Shown here: one piece after another, positions 11,972 to 22,686 of the stretch
How positions within the stretch are numbered: position 1 is the first letter of the stretch
Layout: each line of letters opens with the position of its first letter
From: Octopus sinensis
Taxonomy: Eukaryota
Direction of reading: 5' to 3'
Assembly (NCBI RefSeq): GCF_006345805.1
Contig: NC_042999.1
Coordinates: 44,516,001-44,580,000, forward strand
Length of the DNA: 64,000 bases
Notes under the pieces: generated by a model
Seen by the model: the letters and a program-made list of their open reading frames with translations, nothing else
What the model was told of the DNA's origin: nothing
Databases searched by the model: none
Made by a program: the position numbers and the translations under genes

Positions 11972-13013
11972 TCCCTTCTACTATAGGCACAAGGCCTGAA
12001 ATTTTGCTGGTAGGGTTAAGATGATAACATCAATCCCAGTACTCAGCTGGTACTTATTTCATCGACGCCAAAAGGAAGAAGGCAAAGTTGACCTTGGCAA
12101 AATTTGAACTTATTGACAGATGAAATACTGCAAAGCATTTTGCCTAGCATGCAAATGGTTCTGCCAGCTTTCTGTCTTGATAATAATAATCCTTTCTACT
12201 ATGGGGAGAGTACTAGTTGATCTCCTCGATCCCAGTACTTGATTGGTACTTAATTTATCAATCCCGAAAGGATGAAAAGCAAAGTCACCTTGATGATAAT
12301 AATAAAATGATAATAATTATTTCAAATTTTTGCCACAAGGGAAGTTTGGGGGAGGTGGGAATGAGTCGACTACATCAACCCCAGGATTCAACTGGTACTT
12401 ATTTTTAGGATGAAAGGCAAAGTTGCCTTGATAATAAGATAATAATAATAATACAAACACTAATACAATAAAAGACTGCACCACACCCCATAAAAAAAAA
12501 GAAACCGATGAAATACAATACTGGGAAGTGTGTACACTCCCAACAACAACAACAAAAAAGAACACACAATGCTGTGGTTGAACAATGATAATAATAAAAA
12601 TAATAGTAATAACAACAACCCACAAACACAAGACACACTTTACACAGTAAATATCCAATAAAATAAACAACCTTTACAACATGTACTCTAGAGGCCATAT
12701 ACCCAACAGAAGAACACAACTCGCATTACACACACAGCACAATCACTAATACAACAAAAGGCTACAACCAAAGCCCATAACAAAACAAACATGTTTGAAA
12801 CTAACAAATGTCAAATAATAAAAATAATAATGGTTTCAAATTTTGGCACAAGACTAGCAATTTTATTTGGTGGGGATAAGTCTTATTTTATTGACCCAAT
12901 GAGGTTAAGAGGTAAAGTCAACCCCAGCAACATTTGAACCTAGAATGTAAAGACGGACAGATGTCGCTAAACATTTCGCCTGGTGTGCTAATAGTTCTGC
13001 CAGCTCACCATAA

Positions 13014-13044
<31 letters not shown>

Positions 13045-13230
13045 CCCTTCTACTATAGGTACAAGGCCTGAAATTTTTGGGGAGGGGGCCAGTTGATTCG
13101 ATTGACTCCAAAAGGATGAAAGGCAAAGTCAATCTCAGCAGAATTTGAACTCAGAATGTAATGGCAGACGAAATATCGCTAAGCATTTCGCCCAGCATGC
13201 TAACAATTCTGCCAGCTTGCCGCCTCCATA
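11972..13230 (-). mobile_element. Head-to-tail cluster of about 5 partial copies of a (TAA)n-tailed tRNA-derived SINE (family D)
   Basis: Repeated CCCTTCTACTATAGGCACAAGGCCTGAAATTTT and GGATGAAAGGCAAAGTC...AATTTGAAC blocks separated by (AAT)n; minus-strand B box GAGTTCAAATTC. Confidence 0.75.
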
Positions 13231-13598
13231 TAATAATAATAATAATAATAGCAGTAGTGGTAGCAGCAGCAGTAGAAGATGATGATAGCTTTTGCTTAAT
13301 TGACAATGTTTTCAAAATAATCAAAAATGATAAAGGTAGAAAATGGATGAGAAAAATGCAATAATACAAAGAACATAATTAACTTAACTTGAAAATACTT
13401 TAAATCTAAAACTTAAATTTCTAGTTAAACCAGTACACAAGAGTTTGCAGTAACGGTATTTAATGAATAAATAATCAATCAGCTGACCAGTAACTAGAGA
13501 GTAATACACTATTAATTCTCTAAAACAAAAACGAATTTTTGCATAAGCTTAGATACAAATAACTTGATTACTAGTAATATATATATCCCTGATATATA

Positions 13599-15523
13599 CA
13601 GGGTGAGGTAAAAGTCATGTCCCATAGGAGTTAATTAATTAATAATGTTTTAAATGTCTAATTTCTTCTGATATCTTCTTATTTGCAGAAACAACTTTGA
13701 TGAATTAAGATGAGTGAAAAACTAATGAAGGATGAATGGGTTACCTTAGTGTTCATGTATTGGAAAGCAGGTGCTACTCACAGATCTGTTTAAAAGGAAC
13801 TCAACAGGTAGAATCTACACTGACTTCCAATAGATAAGTGTAATTAATCATTTTAAAGAAACTAGTAGTGTTTCTGACCACCCTTGAAGTGGCAGATCGA
13901 AAGTGCAACCAAATCAACATCAATGGTGGAATTGAAAATGAAATGCAGTAAAATAACAGAGGAAACTCTCTGATGTGTTAACCCTTTCGTGTTCAGATTA
14001 CTCTATCAGATCATCATCATCATCATCATCGTTTAACGTCCGTTCTCCATGCTAGCATGGGTTGGACAGTTCGACTGGGGATCTGGGAAGCCAGAAGGCT
14101 GCACCAGGCTCCAGTCTTATCTGGCAGTGTTTCTACAGCTGGATGCCCTTCCTAACGCCAACCACTCCGTGAGTGTAGTGGGTGCTTTTTACGTGCCACC
14201 TGCACAGGTGCCAGGCGAGGCTGGCAACGGCCACGGTCGGATTGGTGTATTTTATGTGCCACCGGCACAGAAGCCAGACGAGGCGGAGTTGGCATCAGCC
14301 ACGAGTCGGATGGTGCTTTTTATGTACCACCAGACCAGGGATCCTGGCTGATTCAATTCGATTTCGATTTCGCTTGCCCCAACATGTCTTCGCAAGCAAG
14401 GGGGTTGGCATGGGTGCCTGTTGTACGGTCAGATTGGTGTATTTTACGTGCCGCCGGCACGGAAGCCAGTGGAGGCGGCGCTGGCATCGGCCACGAGTCG
14501 GATAGTGCTTTTTACGTACCACCAGACCAGGGAACCTGGCAGGTTCAATTCGATTTCGCTTGCCCCAACATGTCTTCGCAAGCAAGGGGGTTGGCATGGG
14601 TGCCTGTCGTACGGTCAGATTGGTGTATTTTACGTGCCACCGGCACAGAAGCAAGTGGAGGCGGCGCTGGCATCGGCCACGAGTCGGATAGTGCTTTTTA
14701 CGTACCACCAGACCAGGGATCCTGGCTGGTTCAATTCGATTTTGACTTTGATTTCGATTTCGCTTGCCCCAACATGTCTTCGCAAGCATGGGTGCCTGTC
14801 GTCGGATGAGGTTCTATATCGACTTCGCTTGCCCCAACAGGTCTTTGTGTCCAAGGGAGGAAAGGCATTCATAAGTGGGCTGGGCTCACTTGTCCTGCCT
14901 GGTCTTCTCACGTACAGAATATTTCCAAAGGTCTCGGTCGCTGGTCATTTCCTCAGTGAGGCCTAAAGTTCGAAGGTCGTGCTTCACCACCTCGTCCCAG
15001 GTTTTCCTGGGTCTACCTCTTCCACGGGTTCCCTCAACTGCTAAGGATTGGCACTTTCTCACACACCTATCTTCATCCATTCTCGCCACATGACCATACC
15101 AGCGCAATCGTCTCTCTTGCACACCACAACTGATGCCTCTTAGGTACAACATTTCTCTCAAGGTGCTAACGCTCTGTCGAGTATGTATTACTTATTTATT
15201 CATTACTTTGAATTTATCAGGCATTATCTCTTAGCTTCAAGATATTGGTGGTATGATTGTTTACTTTTAAAATGACATTGTAGTATAGATGTAAGAGGTC
15301 AGATCTGGTCAGTTTGAACGAAAAACAGGTAAAATATTTGGGCTGGATATGACTGGTTTAAATGCTAAAGGGTTAATGAACCATGCAGGCACAGAATTGA
15401 AATGTGTTATGAAAAGGAAGGGGAGCATTTTGAACAGCACATAAAACTAGCAAATAAAATTTTCCTGTGTAATTATACTTTTGATAAATTATCCCTGTGG
15501 TGCATGACTTTTGCTTCACCCTG
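13599..15523 (+). mobile_element. Internally deleted Tc1/mariner element hosting nested MITE and RTE insertions
   Basis: TA|CAGGGTGAGGTAAAAGTCATG with an inverted copy at 15503-15523 (19/21). Decayed N-terminal FKETSSVSDHP*SGRS (13852) and C-terminal RIEMCYEKEGEHFEQH (15393) transposase motifs. Confidence 0.75.
14010..15188 (-). mobile_element. 5'-truncated RTE LINE: RT C-terminus, 3' UTR with ~190-bp tandem repeats, (GAT)n tail
   Basis: ORF 14886-15161 RRLRWYGHVARMD...RGRGRPRKTWDEVVKHDL...KTRQDK*; UTR and tail shared with the 32, 46.7 and 54 kb copies. Confidence 0.9.
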
Positions 15524-17084
15524 AATATTCTTAGACGTGTTGGCTGCTCATCTCAAAATTAAAACAATTAGCCAAAATGAATAGAAATGTGTCCACAAAA
15601 GAAAAAAAGGAAAAAACCCTCCCAGTTACTGACAAATTGAACAGCTACTGGAACCCCCCAAAAAATTAAGCATGGGATGAGCTGATTATGGAGAAGCCTC
15701 TGACAGCATTCTATTTAGAAGAAACGTGACAGGAATAAAGCAACCACAAGAACACAGTATATCAACCATGCCAATACTACATAAGATGCTCAAAAGAACC
15801 CCAATCCTATGTGTAGAGGAATTTTCACTTCTCTGAGACTGCTTATTCCTGTTATTTTGTGCAGCTCTCTTGATTCTGTTAATAAATTTGCTGAATCAAG
15901 TCACCAATAATTACAAATGCTATGGATGTGAGTTCATGCAGGAGTCTCTTTCCAGTTAGTTGATTTGCCAGAATAGGTAGCCAAATCTCTCTGCTGCATT
16001 CAAAACAGGAAAGATATATTAAATAATGTAGTCGTATATGTGCAATGGCAGTCAAATAGTTACAGTTAGAAGCCCTTTGATTACAGATTGACATGATCAG
16101 GATTAATCTGGAGCAAAACAACAATGCTATAGATGAATTATAAATAATTTCCTCATCAAAGATGATTTAAACTATATAGAGAAGACAACACTCAGCTGGA
16201 GTGTCTACCAAAAAACTGTAATATCAAAATAAAGGATTAAAAAATGTGCTTAAGCAATTCTGGGAAATCTTGGTACTTATTTTATCAGTTGCTTTTGCCA
16301 AACCACTAAGTTACAGGCACATGAATGCGCCAACAATGGTTGTCAAGTGGTATCGGGGAACAAACACAGACACACACACATATATGTATATATATATATT
16401 ATGGGCTTCTTTTAGTTTCCATCTAGTAAATCCACTCACAAGGCTTTGGTTGGCCCGAGGCTATATTAGAAGACACTTGCCCAAGGTGCCATGCAGTGGC
16501 ACTGAACTCGGAACCATGTGGTTGTGAAGCAAGCTTCTTACCACACTGCTATGCCAGGACAAAATAACAGAAAGGGTTAAAAAAAAAAAAACAAAAAACA
16601 AATAAAGGATAAAAATCAAAGCAGAACTCAAAAATTACCAAAAAGCAAAAGAGAAAAAACCTATCAATATCCTGTAAGACTGGTTTTAGTAACAAAAGAT
16701 CAATGTCTGTCCACAAAAATATAAAGCATAACAAGAGGATAACATGAATTATAAACCAGTGGTTCTCAAACTGACAAAAACCAGGCCTATACAATATAGT
16801 AATAAAACATTTTAGTACCCTGCCATTACCATGTATGACAAAACAAAGTATAATTATCATCATAATTTTAAAGAACACTTTTCCATTCTTGCATGGGTTA
16901 GACAGAGTTTACTGAAGTAGATTTTTTTACAACTGGATGCTCTTCCTGTAACCAACCCTCACCTGTATCCAAGCAACATAATATTTCCTCATTGCCAGAC
17001 GTTTTCACAGAAAATTGGAAATGAATGGCACTGCTGGTAAGACAGTGACATTCACAACTATCAGTCAGTACACACACACATCAT

Positions 17085-17372
17085 GGACTCTCTTGTTGTT
17101 AGATGACGTATGAGGGTTCGGCAATTTCTTGCTGAACAACCACACAGATGATTTGTTTATAGTGATCAAATGTTTGTGCACACATAAGCTCCATCAAATC
17201 GACATTACCTGAACAGGTGCACTATGTACCACATGTCTGATTATGAAATGATCGCAGAGCAACGTGAAATGAGGTGCTCTGCTCAAGAACACAATGCAAC
17301 GCCCGGTCTGGGGATTGAACCCACGATCTTTCAATTGTGAGTGTGATACCCTAACCACTAAGCCATGCACCA
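17085..17372 (-). mobile_element. Second tRNA-derived SINE family (B)
   Basis: Head TGGCTTAGTGGTTAG (A box) ... GGTTCAATCCCC (B box), TGTGTTCTTGAGCAG motif; related copy at ~52957-53165. Confidence 0.7.
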
Positions 17373-17376
17373 TCAC

Positions 17377-17422
<46 letters not shown>

Positions 17423-18423
17423 CGTGTGTGTATGCATACATACACATATACATGTAAGAAGATAACTGGTGTTGAACAAATTTAAAATGTTGGAAAGTAC
17501 CTTAATTTCATTAATCAGCCATATCCAACCAAAACATTCTACCTGTTTTATATTCAGATTGGCCAGATCCAGCCTTTCACACCTACCCTACAATGTCAAT
17601 CTAAAAGTAAGCAATTACATCATTGAAATCTGAAAGCTGTGAGATAGTGCATGATTAATTCAAAGCAAGGTGAATAAATAAGCATTACATTTGACAGAGT
17701 AATCTGGATGCTAGAGTTAAACATGGCAGTTTTCTTGACCCTCTTCAATTCTCACTCAACCACTCCCCTTGAGAAACACTACTGTAGACAATACAAATAA
17801 TGACATCATTTTCACCAGTCCAGGTTTTAAAAAGAACCCACAATAAACATCCATATTTTGTTTCTTTTTGTCTCAATTAAAAGCATCCAGTCCACACAGT
17901 AAAGTGGTTGGCATTTGGAAAGGCATCAAGCTGTAAAAACCTCGTCAAAACTGACCTTGCTTGTGTTTGTGCCACATAAAAAGCACTAAGTCCACTCTGC
18001 TGAGTGGTTGGTGTTAGGAAGAGCATCCAGCTGTAAAAATCTTGCCAAAACATTTACAGAAGTCTGGTGCAGGGTTCTGCCTGGCCAGCTCTTGTCTAAT
18101 TGTCCCACCCATGCCAGCATGGAAAGCAGATGTTAAATGATAATGATGATGATCATCAAGTATTTCAATAAGTTGGTAATTATAACCACTAGACAATATA
18201 CAGATATTTCCATATGGAAACTGAGAATACATATAAATGTATACTAAAATCAGTACGTAAGGTGCAAGCATGATTGTGTGGTAAGAAGGTTGCTTCCTAA
18301 CCACAAGGTTCTGGGTTCAGTCTTACTGTGTGACAACTTGAGCAAGTGTTTCTGTTATAGCCTCAGGTCAACCAAAGCCTTGTGAGTGAATATATATGTC
18401 CATGTATGTATGTATGTGTATGT

Positions 18424-18768
18424 GTCAAGTCCTCATTAGAGGCCTGTGATATGCAGGACACTGACTGGGAGAACAATGCCTGTCATTGCCACAGATGGAG
18501 GAAGCAGATTAAGGAGGGGATCGACACTTTTGAGAGAGCACATATCCAGCATAAAGAACTGAAACGAGGTGCGTGAAAGCGCACGGCTTGTATAGTGAAT
18601 GGGGAAAGCTTAGTCTGCAATGTTTGCAGTTGTGTATGCTTGTCAAGAGCAGGGCTCATTAGCCACCAACGGAGCCGCAAATGCAAAATATAAGTTAGTC
18701 CTAGAGCGCACTATGTTCCTGAAGGTTGGCAATGGTCTTCCTCGGTCACGAGTGGACGGCCATCATCA
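18424..18768 (+). mobile_element. RTE-BovB-like LINE 3' fragment nested in a family A SINE (18258-19000)
   Basis: VKSSLEACDM...WENNA...RWRKQIKEGIDTFE...KRGA*KR...CNVCSCVCLSRAGLISHQR (C-terminal C2H-type finger of BovB-like ORFs), (CAT)n tail. Confidence 0.75.
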
Positions 18769-19435
18769 TATATATATATATAGCAATGTGTATGTGTGTG
18801 TCCCCACCACCACTTGATAACTGGTGCTGGTGTATTTATGTCCCTGTAACTTAGCAGTTCAGAAAAAGAGACTTGACAGAATAAGAACCATGCTTAAAAT
18901 AAAAGTACTGGGGTTGATTTGTTTAACTAAAATACTTCAAGCCAGTGCCCCAGCATGGCTGCAGTTTAATGACTGAAACAAGTGAAAGATAAAAGATGAC
19001 ACTGATATAACTGCAATAATCTGGGATATGTATGTCCTGACTGATAAAGCAGAACAATGTGAATTGCTCAGATATTACAATCAAAGATAGAAATGAAGTC
19101 ATCCATTGATACACATTTCAATTCCTTCTGATCAAAACATTACCATGAAAGAAGCCACCAAGGCTGTTAAAATACAAGTGCCTCAAAATGGAAGCAGGAT
19201 GGGATACAAGAGTACAAAATAGTAGTGCACTGGATGTGCACAAACACAAAAGCCATACTCTTGCGCCTATATATATATATATATATAAATGGATGAATGA
19301 ATTATCCTTTGTTTACAGTTAACACAGAAAATTCAATAAACAGTTACCAGGGTAGCAAAATTCACGCATATAAAAAAGATGTAGCGACCTATTCAAAGGT
19401 AGATATTCCAGGTTAATGTGCAGTAATTTGTATAG

Positions 19436-19517
19436 TATAAGTAAATAAATGGAGTTGAACGCAGGTGTTATTCAAAATTGAATAACACCTGCGTTCAACT
19501 CCATTTATTTACTTATA
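19436..19517. repeat. 82-bp palindrome (perfect 40-bp arms, 2-nt spacer)
   Basis: TATAAGTAAATAAATGGAGTTGAACGCAGGTGTTATTCAA-AA-reverse complement. Confidence 0.95.
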
Positions 19518-19770
19518 TATATATTCGTTGCTTTAATGCTCACTTTTGCATACTTGCATGGGTTAGATGGAATTTACTGAGGCAGATTTTCTGTGGTTTG
19601 ATGTCCTTCCTGTTGCCAACCCTCATTTATTTTGAAGCAAGATAATATTTCCCCATGGCTGGACATGTTTGCATGGAAAATTGGAAAAGAATAACACTAC
19701 ATATATGATGGTGCCATCTATTTACAACTTGTATTTAATATCAAGATAAGGAGACATGAAAATACACTTG

Positions 19771-19844
<74 letters not shown>

Positions 19845-20296
19845 GATAGATATATATTTACATACATATAGTAAGTTTCTTTCAGTTTTCATCTACCAAA
19901 TCCACTCACAAGGTTTTGTTTGGTCTGGAGCTATAGTAGAAGGCATTTGTCCAAGGTACTATGAGGTGGGACTGAACCTGAAACCATGTGGTTGAGAATC
20001 TAACTTATTAACCATACAGCGAAGTGTGATGCAGTCTTCTGCCTAGCCAGCTCCTGTCAAACTGTCCAACCCATGCCAGCATGGAAAATAGACCTTAAGT
20101 GATGACAATGATTACAAGTGAGTAGGTAACACATTTATTGGGAGTTACACGTATGAATCAAAACAGTTTTATTCAGACACCTTGGTACTCTGAGTTTCAA
20201 GCATGTCGCTAGTCTTCGGCCATTGGAGTCAAACTCCGACAGCCAAAGACTAGTGACATGCTTGCAACTCCAAGGAGTTTGAATCAAATTGTTCTG

Positions 20297-20328
<32 letters not shown>

Positions 20329-20329
<1 letters not shown>

Positions 20330-20700
20330 GTGTGGCTGTGTGGTAAGAAACTTGCTCCCCAACCACATGGTCCTGGGCTCAGTCCTACTGCATGACACCT
20401 TGGGCAAGTCTTCTACTATAGCCTCAGGCTGACCAAAGCCCTGTCAGTAGATTTGGTAGATGAAAACTGGAAGAAGCCCGTCGTATATATATGTCTGTGT
20501 TTGTCCGACCCGCCACCCGCTTGACAATCGATGCTGGTGTGTTTATGTCCCCGTAACCCGTAACGTAGCTGTTCGCGATAAAATGAGCACTAGGCTTATA
20601 AAGACTAAGTCCTGGGGTCGATTTCTTCGACTAACACCCTATAAGGAGGTGCTCCAGCATGGCCGCAGTTAAATGAGGGGAAACAAGTAAAAAAAATAAA
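20329..20700 (+). mobile_element. SINE family A copy
   Basis: Colinear with 27750-28151. Other partial copies at ~16260-16555, 19860-20020, 35525-35710 and 42690-42910. Confidence 0.8.
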
Positions 20701-22433
20701 GGATTATATATATATATACTAGCACAATAAACAGATCTGAGTCGGTTTCAGCAATTGAGATTCACTGTTCAATCGACTGAATTAAATGCTCATTGAATAA
20801 CTGAATTTGTGGAAGTAGCTAAATATTTCAGGTACACTAAGGTAATCCTAGAGTAGAATCAGAATGACATAGTGTATCACAAGGTTTACAGGCAAAGCCC
20901 ATCTGGAAAATATTCGCAGTTTTCATCTACTTAATTTTACTCATTATGCTTTAGTCTACCACGGGCAATGTTAAGATTCACTCGTCCAAGAAGTTATGAA
21001 AGGAGATTGAGCAGGGAATTTCGTGAATACAAAGCGAACTTCTTGACCATTCGACTATACCAGTATCCTCACACACACATAATACTCGATTAAACTGATC
21101 TTCTTGACTAGTACGTGGTTTATCTACCCTTAGAACTTTGAGCAGCCAATGTCAATTTACGCTTTATTCGTTTTATTTGTAATGAAGGACAAACTGGATA
21201 ATGTCGCCCAAAATAAACAATCTCAAAAGACGATCATGACCGGAACGACTTTGACCATAGATCTGCTCAATCAAAGTCGGGAGTGTGGTACTACACAATA
21301 ATCCCAGAATGATGAAAGGTAAAAATCTACTCAGAAGGAGCTTGAACGCATATTTCGTATTTGAAATAATCGTTTGATCTCGAAGGGATTTGAACTCAGA
21401 ACGTAAAGATCTGGAATAAATACAGTGAGGTAGTTAATTCGACGCCCTAACGATTCCACCTTTATTTCATGGTGTTTAGTTTCGTTCGTGAGGGTCACTG
21501 TTTTAAAAAGCGGTAAATATTCTACAAGATAAGCCATAACTCCAGCACGTGTCGTGCCTCAAGGCATTAGTATTTACAAACGTTATGTCTTTATTTGATA
21601 ACTTAATATTAATGACAATCAATAAAGGAAAAAGTGATTTATGAAGATAGATAGTCAAATAAGACTTCTTATAACAACCAAAGGAAACTGGGACACGACC
21701 CAGTAGCCAGCTAAATCAATTTTAGTGATGCTGGTGTATATAAACATTGAGAACACAGAATGGCAGAAGATAGAGAGAGAAATTTAGAATGATAGAAGCT
21801 TTATTTACGTAGTAAATCGTGAAATCAAATTATATTTTCGGATAATCGAAGCTCCTTCTCAATTCTAACCGGTTGTAAACATTTGACTATTGCATTTATA
21901 ATAAATAATTAAGGAGACATTTATTTGGTAACTAGCTGATTATTTTTGCTTTAATTCCAGATTATACATGTAATGCAATTAGATAATGCATATGGAAATT
22001 TAATTAAATTAAGATCAGCTCTAGGGACGAGTGATTTCAGATCTAATCTCTTTGATGTCTCCCCAACTTTATAAAATAAAAACCCACTAGTTATAATAAT
22101 ATAAATCCGGAAATATTTTGTAAAGGAATCTTTGAGGCAAAATTTATTTTGTAAATTTTATTTCAATTATATATATAAAAAGAAAAGGAAATTTAAAAGA
22201 CTAAAAAAAAAAACCCCATAAAAATGAAATTATTAAAATAATATAAACCATCAAAAAAAAAAACAATTCTACTTAGAAATATTCTGTAAGATCGAAAATA
22301 ATAACAAAAACAGTGAACTGAGGAAATCTTAACTGTAAATATTTAAATTTCCTTATGATATTTGTGAGAGACACCAGCATAATTTGCTAGTTGCAAGTAA
22401 GTAAAATTCAGCATGTAGTCTGACAAGGCTCAC

Positions 22434-22463
22434 CTGGTAAGAGAGCAATTCTCCCACATCCAT
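22434..22463 (-). CDS. CTNNBL1: CTNNBL1 coding exon 1 (MDVGELLSYQ)
   Basis: Minus strand ATGGATGTGGGAGAATTGCTCTCTTACCAG|GTGAG; the peptide matches the N-terminus of human CTNNBL1 as I recall it; 30 nt, phase 0 donor. Confidence 0.93.
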
Positions 22464-22660
22464 GTTGACTGCATCAACTAGAATTACGCATGCGTAATAT
22501 AGTCACGTGCCACATTTAAACCAATCACCATTTTTCCAATGGCGACCTCCGAGGAGTAGACAGAAGTACTGTATGATTCTACAACTCTTCGCTACAATTA
22601 ATTGGATAAAACACAACTTTTATGTGCAAATATTTGGCTTGCTTATAAGCTATCTATCAT
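22464..22660. promoter_or_regulatory. Putative bidirectional promoter shared by CTNNBL1 (-) and ZC3H18 (+)
   Basis: Lies between the CTNNBL1 ATG (22463) and a strong + strand donor (22687). Contains a perfect 16-bp palindrome ATTACGCATGCGTAAT (22483-22498, NRF1-like core), E-box GTCACGTG (22502-22509), CCAAT (22521, 22536), ATGGCG YY1-like core (22539), ATTGG (22601) and Inr-like TCATTC (22657). Confidence 0.65.
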
Positions 22661-22686
22661 TCGCTACGCAGACATTATTTTCAGAG
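22659..22686 (+). other. ZC3H18: Probable non-coding first exon of ZC3H18 (start uncertain)
   Basis: Consensus donor CAGAG|GTAAGT at 22686/22687 just downstream of promoter motifs. The first ZC3H18 coding exon has an upstream acceptor (39596/39599) and so needs a 5' partner exon. Confidence 0.55.

Noticed and set aside
14242-14810. CRISPR-like or novel protein-coding repeat array (overlapping 140-180 aa ORFs)
   Set aside because: Contiguous tandem units without unique spacers within an RTE 3' UTR; the ORFs are by-products of GC-rich repeats; eukaryotic context.
15540-16240. Possible hidden exon or pseudogene (ORF 15879-16124)
   Set aside because: No recognisable homology or consistent splice frame, and CTNNBL1 exons 1-2 join in frame without it.
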